A stretch of DNA of 64,000 nt from Gnetum montanum (GCA_015680685.1 MNCI01002192.1:189237-253236), one strand, 5' to 3'. Positions 1 through 13,687 are shown, counted from the stretch's first letter. The notes: generated by a model from the sequence alone, not told the origin. Translations and numbers: made by a program.

Positions 1-884
1 AATAGCATAGCATAGTTCTCCCCTTGAATGTAGCATAGTAAAAACATAAAGGAAATAGCATAGTAGAATTAACATAGCGTAGTGATAGAAAATTTAATGC
101 AAATTTTAAATAAGAAAAGATTCAATACGCTGCAGCTGTTTCAAAAAATCTTCTATCTGACAAAATGATTTGCATTATGCTGCAATAGACACATGTTATA
201 CTATCAACTCATGCACATGGCCAAACCCTCCTAAGGGTTGTACGCTATGCTATTTGCATGCTAAGTTGTGAAAATCACCTAAGCCTCTGTGGTCGGGTAG
301 CCGTAGCAATGGCGGTTTGGGCAACACTACATGCAACCTTAGCGTAATGCTCGTACACCTGTTGTGGCTGAATTAGCACTAGTGGCGGTGTAATGGCCAA
401 AATAACAAAAAAAGAAATGACAGAAAATGTAGATTTCCAAATGAAAACAGGAGCAGAAATAGAAAGTAGAAGCAAAAATGGTAGCACATGAAAAAGGAGA
501 GTAACGTAGTAGCTTATCGGCCAATGGAGTCTCCTCCCACACTACGACACATGCCTATGACAGACACCCCAGGGTGTCCTTTACCTCGTCTACCTTGGCA
601 AGCGCAAGGGGTTTGTGTTCTCTTTTGGGTACCATTGTCTCAGTTGCAGGTTCTTCCTCAGTTGCTACACTAAGTCACCTTACTCCTTGTTGGAACAACC
701 ACTCTATGCTTTGGATGTTGGCTCTACGCTGTTACAAAGAAAATGACAAGTTTACCAGGGGTAAAACCCCTATTTATAGCCAATACAATGAAAATAAACT
801 TGCCATTCTCTCTCCTCGATTAATGTGGGATGTTTCGTATAGCGTAGTACTCCCGTCCTAGCGTAGCAGCATTTTTTGCATAGT

Positions 885-1135
885 TACAGGTGGTCCCGAC
901 CGAAAACTTCGACCCACCTTAAACTAGCCATTTGCCTTCACGAGAATAACAAATTAGCGGTTCGTAAAGACCTTAAACTAGCAATTTTAACTCACAACTT
1001 CAACTCATTAGCAGTCCGTGAAGACCTTAAACTAATACTTTTAATTCGTGAATCTAGCCCATTAGCGGTCCACAAAGACCTTAAACTAGCAGTTTTACAC
1101 TTTTTCCTTTAGGCAGTCTGCTATGACCTTAAAAT
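885..1135 (+). repeat. ~60-bp degenerate tandem repeat with GGTCCG..GACCTTAAACTAGC core
   Basis: (G)ACCTTAAA(CTA) recurs at ~917, 969, 1023, 1077 and 1126. Confidence 0.75.
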
Positions 1136-1282
1136 GACAAACCAAAAACTTCGTATCATGTTTCTGATCATTTAAGCTTTTTCATATTTCGTTATTGCTT
1201 TGCAAATGTATGCTATTCATTACTGCTACAAACAGGTATCCCTTGACTTAGCATTTATCTCATTGTAGCAGGTTGAGCAAGA

Positions 1283-4200
1283 ATGGCAATGCATCATGAT
1301 CTTTCTTCACCTATAGCCTTAACAGGTCCACATGGTGAGCTTGCAAGATAATTGAACCTAGAATCTATAGACTGGGGATCATCCACAAATAGCATTGTAG
1401 CATCCTTATAAACATCTCTAGATTGGCCCGAATATTTGGTCCAAGCCTTAGATTTAGAGGTTGGGGATGTAACCAAGGATTCTCTCATTGAGATGCCTGT
1501 GAAAACATCCATGGGAAAATAAAAATGTTAAAAATTAGCTTCCTCCTAGATTCACAAACACATAAAGATGTGTCCAAGATACTGCAGGACAACATTGAGG
1601 TCTTCGTGTGGTCATACAACAACATGCACTAGCCATACAAGATGAAAGAAGTTAAGCAAAGGGCTCGCAAGGTTAAACCAGAGATTGCACTCGCCATATG
1701 GGATGAAATCACCAAGCTGTATTAGGTTGGTTTCATTTGGGCAATTGATTACTTAGAGTGAGTGTCAAACATCGTTATGATTTCTAGGAAAATGGGAGGA
1801 ATACGAATCCGTATAGACTTCAGGGATCTGAACAAAGCCACGATTAAGGATGACTTTCCACTACTGATTATTGATCAACTCATCGACACTACAACCGGTC
1901 ACACTTTGTTATCTTTCATGGATGGTTTCTCTGGCTATAATCAAATTCGCATCAACCCAGAGCATCAGTTAACAACAACTTTCATGATTTCATGGGGTAC
2001 TTTCTATTACACTATGATGCCCTTCGGGCTCAAGAATGTTGGAGCAACCTACCAGAGAGCCATGACTTACATCTTTAGTGACTACATCTTAGAAATGCTG
2101 AACAACTACGTGGATGACATAGCGGTAAAATCTAGAGAGGCCACTAATCATCCCAACGATCTAGGTGTAGTCCTCAAGATGCATGATTTACACCTTAACC
2201 CAAAAAAGTGTGTCTTTGGGGTACGAACTAGATGCATGTTAGGGTTTGTAGTATCAGAGACTAGAATACGAGAGGACCCTCACAAAGTTAAGGCCATCAT
2301 TAATCTAGTGCCCCGTACAAACCTTAAAGAATTGCATGGGTTGCAAGGTAGAATACAGTTCATCAAAAGGTTTATAGCAAAGTTGACTGAAAAGTTACAC
2401 CCCATGCAACATCTACTAAAGAAAGTGGTTAACATCGAATGGAAAACATAATGGCAACAAGATTTTGATGATATGAAGAAAGAGCTTTTACAGCTCCTGA
2501 CTATGTACCCACCACAGAGGGATAAGCCTTTCTTTGTCTACCTTGCCACCTCAAATACGTCTATTGCAGCACTGTTATGTCAAAAATGAGATGACGACTT
2601 TGAGATTCTAGTGTATTATCTAAGTCATGCATTGATAGCGTATGAGGAAAAATACAACAAGGTGGAGATAAACTACCTTGCCATAGTCTTTACATTAAAA
2701 AAATGGAGGCATTATCTATTTCGTAGGAAGGTTAACATCATTTACAAGAGTAATGTACTCTGGGCTATCACAAACAATCTATATGAAAGAAGCAGGATAG
2801 CTTGGTGGAAAGCCATAACCGTGGAATTCGATTTGCATTATGTGAGCCAATCATCGATGAAAGGTCAAGCTATAGCTATGCAACTCATGACCTCACCTAT
2901 CGAGGATTGGGCAATCATAGATCCCAAATTCCTTGACGAGCATGTTAGCACTATCAATGCTGTCCCGTCACATCTTGAAGCCACTTTGCATTTCGATGGT
3001 GCCTCGACCGGGCGAGGAGGTAGTGTAGCTGTTGTCATCATGTTCCCCTCCAAGGAAATGCAACCCTTTTCTTATCATTTTTCATTGCTTTGTATGAACA
3101 ATGTGGTAGAGTACGAAGGATTACTCAGGGACCTCTTAGCAGCGCAAGCATTAAGCATTCAACATCTGGCGATTCACAGTGATTTACAACTGGTTGTGAA
3201 TCAAATCACTGAGGTCTACGCCTGCAAAGCTACACATTTGTATCCCTATTACGACTTAGTGAAAACCTTGCTCAAATAGTTTGCAATGACAGATGTTCAA
3301 CATATGCTATGCAACAAAAACACTGTAGCAAACACCTTGGCCATCCTAGCATTAAACGTGCCACCACACCTGTTTGCAAGTTTACCTGCTTCAATTACCA
3401 AGTGTACGGAGCCTATCACTCAAGCGATACACGTATCCTCTATAAGTGCTACGGATACCCAGGAGTGGTACGTCGACATTAAAGCCTACTTGCAACATGG
3501 CAAGCCCCCACGTGGATTAACATCTACCTAGAGAGATGCAATCCGTAAGCATGCTCAGCAATATGTGTCCATGGGAGACAACGCCCTGTGTAGATGCTTC
3601 TTTAACGAGATATTGTTGGCATGCATAAATGAGGAGCAAGTGCGGAAGGTCATTAATGAAGTACATGAAGGACTGTGTGGTGGACACATAGCACCTAGGG
3701 CCATGAAAACAAAAATTAGACGCTTAAGATACTATTAGCCTCACATGGAGCATGATTACCTAGCCAAAGTCAAAACTTGTGATACGTGCCAAAGATACAA
3801 AAATATCATACACATTTCACCTACAAAATTGCACCCAACATAGATCACATGGCCTTTCTAGTGATGGGGACTAGACATCATAGGACCTATCTCGCCTAAG
3901 TCTTTTCTAGGGCATAGCTTCATCATCACCACCACTGAGTATTTTACAAAGTGGGTGGAGGCTATTCCTCCTAGGAAGACTACATCCCAGTAGGTTTTCC
4001 ACTTCATCTTAGATAACATTGTGATGAGGTTTGGGCTCCCCATGACTATTGTGACCAACAGCGGGCCACAATTTAGTAGTGTGGAAACTAAAGCCTTTTG
4101 CAGCAATCTTGGCATTAGGCAATCATTCTCCTCGCCATACTACCTACATGCAAATGGATAGGTAGAAGCTATGAATAAGTCCATCATCAACTTGCTTAGG

Positions 4201-4707
4201 AAAAGGCTTAACAGCAGTAAGAGAAGATGGCACGAGCAAATCCTCTGTGTGCTGTGGGTTTACAGCATGACATGCGGGATTGCAATAGGTAAGACTCCTT
4301 ACAGTCTTGTTTATGGATCTAAAGCGGTGTTACCTTTTGAGCTACAGCTACCCTCACTTAGAATGATCTTGTCAATTGTCATGAGCGAAGCCCAAAACAA
4401 TGATTTGAGGATCATCAACCTCAACTTAATAGAGGAGGAGTGTGCATAGACACTTGGTCACATAGAGAAATATCAGAATAGGCAACGGCAGAAGCATCAT
4501 GCAAACCTGCATCAATGATTGGTAAAGAAGGGGGACCTCATTCTCAATGTTGTCCGTGAGAATATGAATAAATTCTTAGCAAATTGAGAAGGTCCATTCA
4601 TGGTCACAAAAGCCTATGGGAATGGGGCCTTCAAGCTGGTAGACATGGATGGCAATGAGTTCACAAATCCTATGAATCACTCATATCTCAAGCCATACTA
4701 TATCTAA
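1283..4707 (+). pseudogene. pol: pol (RT, RNase H, additional archaeal-type RNase H, integrase) of element A, disrupted
   Basis: RT: IDFRDLNKA, SFMDGFSGYNQI, MMPFGLKNVGATYQR, YVDD. aRH: LHFDGAS, NNVVEYEGL, HSDLQLVVNQ. INT: HEGLCGGH, WGLDIIGP, YFTKWVEAI, YSLVYG. Many TAG/TGA/TAA stops. Confidence 0.92.
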
Positions 4708-4729
4708 AGCATGAGCAAGGTAAGTAATC

Positions 4730-5150
4730 ATCTGCTATAATGTAAAACTAGCAAACCATCATTCACTACAATGTAAAACTGGCAAAGCTTGTTCGCTATG
4801 ATGTAAAACTAGCAAAGGCAGTCCGCTACGACTATAAACTAGCACAAACTTTTTGCCATGATGCAAAACTGGCAAAGCATGTCTGCTACAATGTTAAACT
4901 GGCACAGATGGTATGCTATGACTTTAAACTGGCATATCCACTACCCGCTATGATGATAAACTAGCACTACAGTCTGCTGAGACCTTAAACCAACATAGTG
5001 GTCTACTAGGACCTTAAAATAGCACTGCCACCATTTGCTATGATGATAAACTAGCATTGCGGTCTGCTAGGATCTTAAACTAGCACACCACGGTTTGCTG
5101 AGACCTTAAACCAGCACATCAGATGGTCTACCAGGACCTTAAACTAGGTT
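4730..5150 (+). repeat. ~37-41-bp tandem repeat array in the 3' UTR of element A
   Basis: About 11 units of GTCYGCTAYGA...AAACTRGCA; tandem arrays downstream of pol are typical of Tat/Ogre elements. Confidence 0.85.
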
Positions 5151-6477
5151 TGCAGCATGTCCTTAGCATGCATCCATGACTCTAAAAACAAGCGAGCATG
5201 CATAGTGCCAACACGGGGTGGGATGTTGTAGTTCTAGAATATAGTTCACGATGCCAAGAAAACACTCTCTGGAATATATGCAATGCCACTACCCCTGGCA
5301 TCTTTCTAATCCTCTGGAGATGTCGTATGACATCTTACTGATGTTCCAAAGCTATTGCTACCATGGTCCTTTTCCCTGGCAGTAGCTTCCATGGTCTGCA
5401 CCTGCTGTTGGAGTTCTAGCACTATTGTGGCCCAATCACAATGTTACTATCCTCTAGCTCCCACCTTTGCTTGAGCCCAAAAGAATTTTAGCTATTGGGT
5501 AGCCCATCTCATAGCTGAACTGCATGATGTTTGCCTTGGGTGGGGACTCTTGAGCACTTGCATCACCATAATTCCTAGCTGCCTCGGTGCCTACCTCTCC
5601 ACTTTGATGTTGCCAGACCTTCTCTTGGCCTTTCTAGTTTGGATGTCGCATGCCTTAGCAATAATGTCCAGTGTTTCAGCAGCATCCAAAGGAAGAAAGG
5701 CCTTTGCCTTTATTTCACTTGAGGTTTTTTCTTCTAATTTTCTCTCTGTTATGTTTTTAGGGTACGTGCCGAAGTGGTGTCAGCTGAGGGTGTGTTTCGT
5801 CAAGGTGTCAAGATGCTACATCGTTCCAAGGTGGCTATCCTAACTAGCTTGGCTACTTTGGAGTGCACAGCCTATCCTCACCCTTAACCTCCTTTACCTT
5901 ATTCCTTACACCTATAATTCTCCTTCTCATACCTCTTTTACGATGTTTTCCTAATGCCTGTAAAGCCCTCCCATATGCTCATAATGCAATTCCATGATGC
6001 ACATAATGCAATTTGCTACATGAGAAGCATCTGTAGGTAGGTTAAAGCCCCATGTGGATGAAACACAACTCATCCTGGGAAAGAAACACTTGTCCTACAA
6101 CAACAAGGTTATCTACAAATGAAAATGACAAAGCATCAAAAGAAAAGTGTAAACGAGCAAAATCTCACATAAAAAAAATGAAATGCGTGCCTACAACAAA
6201 TGGCACATCAGCTATTTCCCACTGACCATCTCAAAGCATTCCTATGAGAGGTTAGATGCCTGAAAAAGAAAGATGATCATGCATATTGACTCCCTCATAA
6301 GCACTCCGATGAGGGACCACATTGCTATGACTTTCCCTTCCTGAAATCATCCTCAAAGATCCACCCTTTTCCCTTTCCCTACATAACTTTCCTAGCACTC
6401 TCAGGAATAGCTAAGAGACATCTGGATGACTACTGCAAAATGAATGTTAGCATCTTGTCTATCGTGGTGTTTCGTAT

Positions 6478-6531
6478 TCTTTGTCGACGTCTCTCGGGTC
6501 CATCCTTTAGACGTCGACAAAGAGGGGTCAA
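6478..6531 (+). promoter_or_regulatory. Hairpin plus polypurine tract of element A
   Basis: Perfect 15-bp inverted repeat TCTTTGTCGACGTCT (6478-6492) / AGACGTCGACAAAGA (6509-6523) running into AGAGGGGTCAA directly before the LTR TG. Confidence 0.8.
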
Positions 6532-8345
6532 TGAAACACCCTAAAATTTCAAGGCACTCTTGCTTCACCAAGGTCTTGGAAATGATGCAAACATTTCGAC
6601 AAGTGTAGCCTCATGATATTTTGGTAGGAAATGAATGCATTGACTTTAGATTGTTTAGTTCAACAAGTTTTCTACCTCTAGACCTAATAGGCCTGATGGA
6701 CTCTCTGGCCTACCCACCTGGATGTTTCACCCAGCTAATAGTCTATTCAAAGACCATGTTTGGAGTTGTCGGTGGTGCTCAAGATGCGCAAAGTAGTTTG
6801 GCAAGTTTTCTAGTGAAGAAGCTTGCTACGATACACGATGCTATCTAGTGTAGCAAGCCTCAAAAGATAGCTGCTCATGCAATCAAGTGCAAACTATTGC
6901 AGAACAAGATGCTATGCTATGCAGCGTAGCAAAGGAAAATTAGAAAGGGACTAACTTACCAAGTGATTCCAATGAAGAAATTTCACTCAACAAGCACTTC
7001 AGCCTTCAAAACCAATTACCTTGTTCGACTTCAAGTTCTTCAACAAGGTCTCTTACTATAAAATGGCAGATTGAGAAAAAAGCAGGATATGTTGGCTGCT
7101 ACGCTACATAGCATAGCACATTGTAGCAATAATACAAGAGCAATAAGAAATGTTTCAAATGCAAGTTCAGCAAGTTTAGAGGCTCTCCTTCATGAAAGGA
7201 AAATTTTGTAGCTATTAGCATGGTTAAAGCTTCAAACAGGTGTTTGCAACTTTAGCATGAGTCATAGATAAAGCCAACTACTACGCTATGCTATGCTACA
7301 TAGTGTAGTGTAGCATAGTAGAGATGAAAACTAAATGAAGTGCTTCAAAAGTTAACCTGATGTATGCCAAAGCTTTCAACAAATGCAATTGACCTCAATG
7401 AAAATTTTCTTTTCAAACTGATGGCTACACTATGCTATGCTACATAGCGTAGCACAGCATAGCACAATGTAGCAAGTAGCTATGCTATGCCAACGTGCTA
7501 CGCTACACAGCATAGCACAACATAGCAAAAAGCTACGCTACGTCAGTATGCTTCATCTCTTGCTTGCATTGTTTACACACTTAATGCCAGCACTCCCATT
7601 TTCGACAACATGATTGCAGCATTGTAGGTTCACAATCGGCTTTGCATATCCATGTAATATGGGCACGTCAGCATCTCATGAGTCTAGGACACATGGCATC
7701 TAAATCACATCTCTTGCCTGTTTCTAGCCCTATAAATACCTCGATGGGAAACACTCAAAGGGTTGGCAAATTTGGTTGGTAGGTTGGCAAAAATTTGGTT
7801 GGAAAATTGAGAATCCTATTGGGAAGTTGGAAAATTGGCAATTTATTAGGTTAGCAAGTTTTAGTAGTTGGCATTGTTTGCATTAGCACTTGGCATTAGC
7901 TTTTTTCTTATTGGCATTTTGCATTATTAGCTTTTAAGATTGTATTAAAAAAAATGTACTTGAGGTATTTAGGGCGTTCCGGTCACTCCTGGACTCTTTG
8001 TGCACCTTTGACATTGTATAACTTGTTATACATTTTCAAGCAAAGAAGAGAATCGAATTTCTTATCCCATTTACTCTGTGATTTCTTCATTGTCATCATT
8101 GTTCAACATCACTTTCTTTATCATTGCATTTATTGATCATTGATTAGATCTCACGTATTTCGCACTTAGAACAACGTTTATGAAAGGTTAAGTTACACCA
8201 GTTAAGTCCCTGTTTGATCGACCATACCGTTTAGGGTGCCCAGTTTCCTTTTTATCCAGCACGACCCTCGTATGGATCTGGGTTTAAAACTATTCGCCCA
8301 ATGACCTCTTGGTGTTTCCAGCCACCAACATTTTCAATCACTACA
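6532..8345 (+). repeat. 3' LTR of element A
   Basis: Starts TGAAACACCCTAAAATTTCAAG after the PPT and ends ACATTTTCAATCACTACA. Both ends match the LTR at 62319-63618. TATAAATA at 7731. Confidence 0.8.
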
Positions 8346-9126
8346 ATAACTTCTTCTACTCATCACGAAGCCTTAGTAAAGGTGTTGATTTCAATTCCTA
8401 GTATTAAAAACATCCATGCCAATGAAAAGTCCATCCATGATACTAGTTTCACCTGGGGAGGAAATGAAGTCAAATGTACTATTGTTTTGTGATAGTGAAG
8501 TTAAAAGTAATCCCCAAGATAGTGAGATAATAAGGGTCCCTCTCTTCATAACTACAAGGGTTGGGCAATACTAGGTAGACAGGGTGCACATTGATGATGG
8601 ACTAGCCACTAATGTTATACCTTTTACCATTATTGAAGGGTTAGGCCTAGCGAAGCACATTCAAAATAATTCTACCTTTGTTTTTAAATTCTTTAATAGA
8701 TCATGGATGGTAGTAAAGGGTTTGATTTCACTAGACTTTGTAGTAGGGGAATAATTCCCTACATCAGCCAACTTCTAAGTGGTGGAAGAAATACTAGGAT
8801 TTAACCTCATCGTGGGGAGGTCTTGGCTAACTGATTTATGAGTAGTTTCCTTTCCCATTCACCAAGAAATTCACTTATATTATGAGGGAGGTGAAATATT
8901 TATTTAGGATGATAATGTAGTTCCCTTGGTAGTCAATAACATGAACATGGAGAAAGTGTTTGAAGTGGAGTTTCAAGAAGAAACACCTACTATCAAGAGT
9001 AAAGTCAAGAGGCTTGAAGGAGTAGATCAAGCCAAAACCAAAGATAACCAAGCTATTGATGCACAATGGAAAGGGCTCCCATTCAACATGGTCAATGAGA
9101 AAAATGGAAAATACAAGATTATATAA
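8346..9126 (+). pseudogene. gag C-terminus / aspartic protease remnant (Ogre/Tat type)
   Basis: Manual translation gives SSTHHEALVKVL...PLFITTRV..VDRVHIDDGLATNVIP...FNLIVGRSWL..VVSFPIHQEI, matching the Ogre/Tat RVLIDNGS..N / YNLLLGRPWIH..AVPS.LHQ pattern. Confidence 0.8.
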
Positions 9127-10274
9127 TAAAGATCGTATGCTTTCCTAATATTTTAAAGATTAGGAAATAGTTGCATGATTGAGTATGTCCCCTAATCACT
9201 TGACCCTATGTTAATGAATGTGTGATCTTTTCTTCTTACTTTTATTTTGTAGCCTAGTTTTAAACTCTTGTTTACATGTATCATTTTTCTTTATCATGCT
9301 TTACATTGTTTTAACCTTATTTTGCATGAAATTCATAACTTATCATTATCCATGATTTATCTTTTATGCTTTCTTTTAGAAAAATGTAAACATACCATAA
9401 ACATTTTAAAACTTAAAAAATAAAAAAAATTTAAAACATAAAAAACTTATACAAATTTTACCATGGTCAACCAAGGCCTTAAACTAGTTGTCTACTAAGG
9501 TCTTAAATTGGCAATGCATTTATAACCTTTTTATTCCTCATTATTATTACAACCGTTATACAATAGTTTGCATTTTATTCTACCTTATTACTATACCATT
9601 TTACATTTTATAATTTTTTGTCTTATAGTCTTATAATTTACCAATGTAGCCTTATCACATTAATAATACATAAAATACTTAAGAAATATATAGTAGTGAA
9701 AATGCTAAAACATATAGGCAAAATTAAAAATAATTATAACCAAAGTCTCCAAGATTAACAGCCATAGTCATAGAGTGTGACATAAAAATTTGGTTAAAAA
9801 TGATAATAAAAATAAATAAATGTCTAAAAACCACCATGGTTGCACTATGTAATAATAAAAATAATAATAATGAAAAATTGCTTCATACTCTCTAATGGCT
9901 ATGAATAGCTATTAATAAAAAAAAAACATCAACATCAGGACCAAGATAGCCAAAACATAACAAGATAAGTAGGCCTAAGGAAAAATTGGAGGACAGGGAG
10001 AAGCATCATCATCATCATGGCCACTAGGGTTGGTTCCATTAGCTAGTGCCTACACCACAATAAAAATCAAAACAAAACATAAAATAAAAATTTAATTAGT
10101 AACCTATGTAGCCAAAACATGAAAACAAAATGACAAATGAAAGAGAACACAAGATACAAAATAAACTAAAATATATTAAAATTGAAATATACACAAACAA
10201 ACCTATGGAGGTTTTAATGTAAGGTCTTCTAAAAGAAAGTTTAGGAGACTAGTCTATAAATGATGAAGAATTTG

Positions 10275-12195
10275 TTCTTCATTCATGATCACATAGTCTA
10301 CTTCTCTAAGGTTCACAAAAATTGGGATATTCCTCTACTTGATATTAGTCCATGGTAAGGGCTCTTGTGAAAGGGTAGTAGTAGTTGCCTCCCCTGAAGT
10401 AGTAGTAATCTAGGAAGCTAAGGAATTAGACAACACTAGAGAGATTCTAAATAACTTAAAGGCCTTCTCTATGTTGATTTCTTGCTTGAACATCTTCAAA
10501 TTTTGGCTCTTTATAGCCTCCTCTTACAACCACTTGTAATAACTCTCCCTTTCTACCTTCTATTTGTGCTTGTGGTTTTTCCATGTCTTGCCCCACTCAA
10601 GGACCCAAGCAAAGTAGTCACATTAGTCTCTAATATTACGAACTAACAAGTCCACCTAGATATCATTTTTTGCATTTCTCCTAGGTAGAGAAACCTTGCC
10701 ATGGATGGGATTTTAGTAGTGTGGTCATTCTATATTCTTAGTGCACAAGGAGTATCTATAGGCTACATAAGCCTCTACAAACTTCTTATGGTTTCTAAGG
10801 TCTCTAATCTCCTCTCCCTACTACTTGGTTTCTTTCTCCAATGCTACAACTGTTTCTCATAGGAATTTCTTTGAATGTTTGTATTCCCACGAAATCTTGC
10901 CACATGAGAGGGCACATTCAATGGCACTCTTCTATAACCTTTGTGGAACATTTTCTACATCAAGCAGTAGTGTAAGAAACTTATCAAACTTAATGTTATG
11001 TTTAGGGTCCCATCCAACCTTAGACACTATAAACAACATAACAAAAATTTACATATAAAGACAATAAGTAAACAACAAAAATAATAAAAAATACTTTAAA
11101 CAACTAAGACCATGTAACCATAAAACGTAAAAAGACATTATATATATATATATATATATATACAAAAAAATATATAAAGAATAAAGTAATTTAGGTAAAG
11201 CATGCTATTGTTCTTAGCAACATCGAGAGCAATATGTTGCAATTGATCAATCATGTCTTCAACTGTACCATGCATAAACTCAATCTTATTAGGAACTTTA
11301 GCCCATTGTTTCATATAAAATGTGGAGTTGGATGCCTCTAGAAGGGGTTCAAACACTACAACAAGTATAACCATCACCTAAAAGTTAAAATCAAATTTAA
11401 CATGAAACTACATGATACAACACATAAACTAAAATGGATAAATACCTAGAGGACCATGCAGGATGTCAATGTGAGTTTCATCATCAAATGTTGAATCTTC
11501 AAATATGGCATCCAAGGCATTCAATGCTGCATTAGATATTAGTTCATCATCCTCTTGTTGCCTTAGTGCTTTCTCTTCTTGGTGTTTTTTCTATGCCTCG
11601 ATGGCTACTTGGGTTGCCAGCTCTTGTTGTTTTCCTATAAGAATGACAAAGACAAAACATAGAACAAGTTAGCAATTTTGCCTATAAAATTAATATGATC
11701 ACATAAATGTGCACATAACATAAATAATATGAAAGAGACCATAAAAACCAAGCACAAGAAAAAATTCAATTAGAACATACCTAAAAAATGTGATGTGCTT
11801 AGTTGATCCTAAGGGATATCTTCTTTTTCACTAGCTGCTCAATAATAGTGACCATCTCTTCAACTAGTGGTTAATTCAACTTTTCTTTGGTTGCACCATT
11901 AGCCTCAACACACAACTCCTTAGCTCTCTTAACACTTCCACAAGAAATATGGAGCTCAATCCCTATGTTGTTAGGGAAAGAACAATGTACACCACTCAAT
12001 TTCTTAGTGGTAATAGACAATGATTCTCCAATATCTTCAACTAGTGGGTTTTGAACCTACATGTCTAAAATAATATGTTTCACCCAATGTTTGGAAAATT
12101 AGAATGGATCATGGAATATCCATTTTCCATCCTTATTGACCACTGGGAATTCTAAGAACCTCCTTAAATATGCTACAAAAAATGAAAAATATAAG
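10275..12195 (+). repeat. 1.92-kb direct repeat, left copy (flank of the PLE chain)
   Basis: Collinear with 26244-28162 from TTCTTCATTCATG to AAAATAYAAG. Confidence 0.92.
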
Positions 12196-13380
12196 AGGGT
12201 TCCATTTCCTATTGCGAACATCATGGAGTTGATGAAGCCATTCAAGAAGATGCTATCTAGAGAAAGCAAGAACAAGGTTGAAGCAATGATCTAAGAAGTG
12301 AAAAGGATATCTTTGAGCACAAAGTCATCAAAAAAGCTATTGTCGAATCTGCTAAAGATCATCGAGGCAAGATTCTCTTATGAGGTATCACTTGATCTCA
12401 ACAACAATGAAGGATTTCTTTTGATGGCAAGGATGCCAAGAGGAGAAAGGGATGTATTGATAAGCATTTAAGGATTTTTGATAACACTAAGTAGAAAGAA
12501 TACAAGTGTTAACAAAGTTAGAACCCTTAAAGAAGGAAACATCCAAAATGTTTGCTAAGGAGCTAGATACTGAGGGAGTAATATTGATGGTAGGATAGAA
12601 AGAACCATACTAATTAAGTAACTAGAAGAGGGAATCCTATGAACTACTCAAAATGCCAAAGGCATCATCAATGTACCTTTTGAATTAGAGAAGATGCTTG
12701 GATCCTAGTGTAGAGAAAATTTGTTTCTCTAAGTGATAAAGAAATAGGCAAGCGTAGACAATGGCAAAGTTGCTACCCATGGTGGTGCCTTGAATCTATT
12801 TGTAGAAGACCCCGTTGAACTTCAAAAAATATTCTTGAAGGACCAAAGAGGCCAACTCCATGATAGCATTAATGTAGAAGACCTACAAATTAAAATCACT
12901 ATCCTGAAAATATGACTCAACCATAGCTTGAAGAGTAGCAAGGCCATGATCCGTGGGAATGCTAGGGTAGAGAGATTCTACATCAAAAGTGAAAAGAAAC
13001 ACATTTTGACGTAGGAATCTTGAGTGAAGGTCATGTATCAAGGTTCATGAGTCTGAAAGGTGGTATGGTTGAGAACAAAGGATGGGGAAAAGCAAGTAGT
13101 GGAGCAGGCAAAAGGTAGGTTCAAGCAAATAGTCTGAATACGAGTAGATAGGATGACTAATGAGAACAGGTTTATGGAGTTTAGGGATTAGGTAAAAAGT
13201 ACAAGGTTTGAAAGCAAAGACTTTGAAAAGGGGTCTCTTAAAATTAGAAAAAACTTGTGTAAAATGGTTGATCATAGAGAGAAGCTGATGACAAAGGAGT
13301 TCCCATGGAATGACGTCCACTTGTTGGTAGACATCAGTATTTGACAATTGTCTAATGACCTCTTGATAGTACCAAGTGGA
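12196..13380 (-). pseudogene. PLE RT fragment (5'- and 3'-truncated)
   Basis: ORF 13045-13401 KPCTFYLIPKLHKP; continues through YIDD to the thumb region. Confidence 0.88.
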
Positions 13381-13397
13381 TTGGATGACTATTGGAT

Positions 13398-13687
13398 GCA
13401 CATGACCATTATTCTATTTAACATGTATGTTTGCACATGACTATTACTCTATTTAACACACATGTTTGCACATGATCGTTACTCTATTTAATGCATATGT
13501 TTGCATATCACCATTACTCTATTTAATGCACATGTTTGTACATGACTGTTGCTTTATTTAATGCACATGTTTGCACATGACTATTACTCTACTTAATGCA
13601 CTTGTTTGCACATGACCATTACTCTATTAAATGCACATGTTTGCACATGACTGTTACTCTATTTAATTCACATGTTTACACATGACC
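13398..13687 (-). repeat. 35-bp tandem array (~8 units)
   Basis: Reverse complement of AATAGAGTAACGGTCATGTGCAAACATGTGCATTA. Confidence 0.95.

Larger units (their letters stand above)
1..8345 (+). mobile_element. Ty3/gypsy Tat-lineage LTR retrotransposon A (5' part outside window; degenerate)
   Basis: RT-RH-aRH-INT remnants at 1283-4707, post-pol tandem repeats, PPT-like AGAGGGGTCAA at 6521-6531, then an LTR. Confidence 0.85.

Noticed and set aside
11138-11162. (TA)n microsatellite
   Set aside because: Trivial slippage expansion in an intron; shorter in the duplicate copy.
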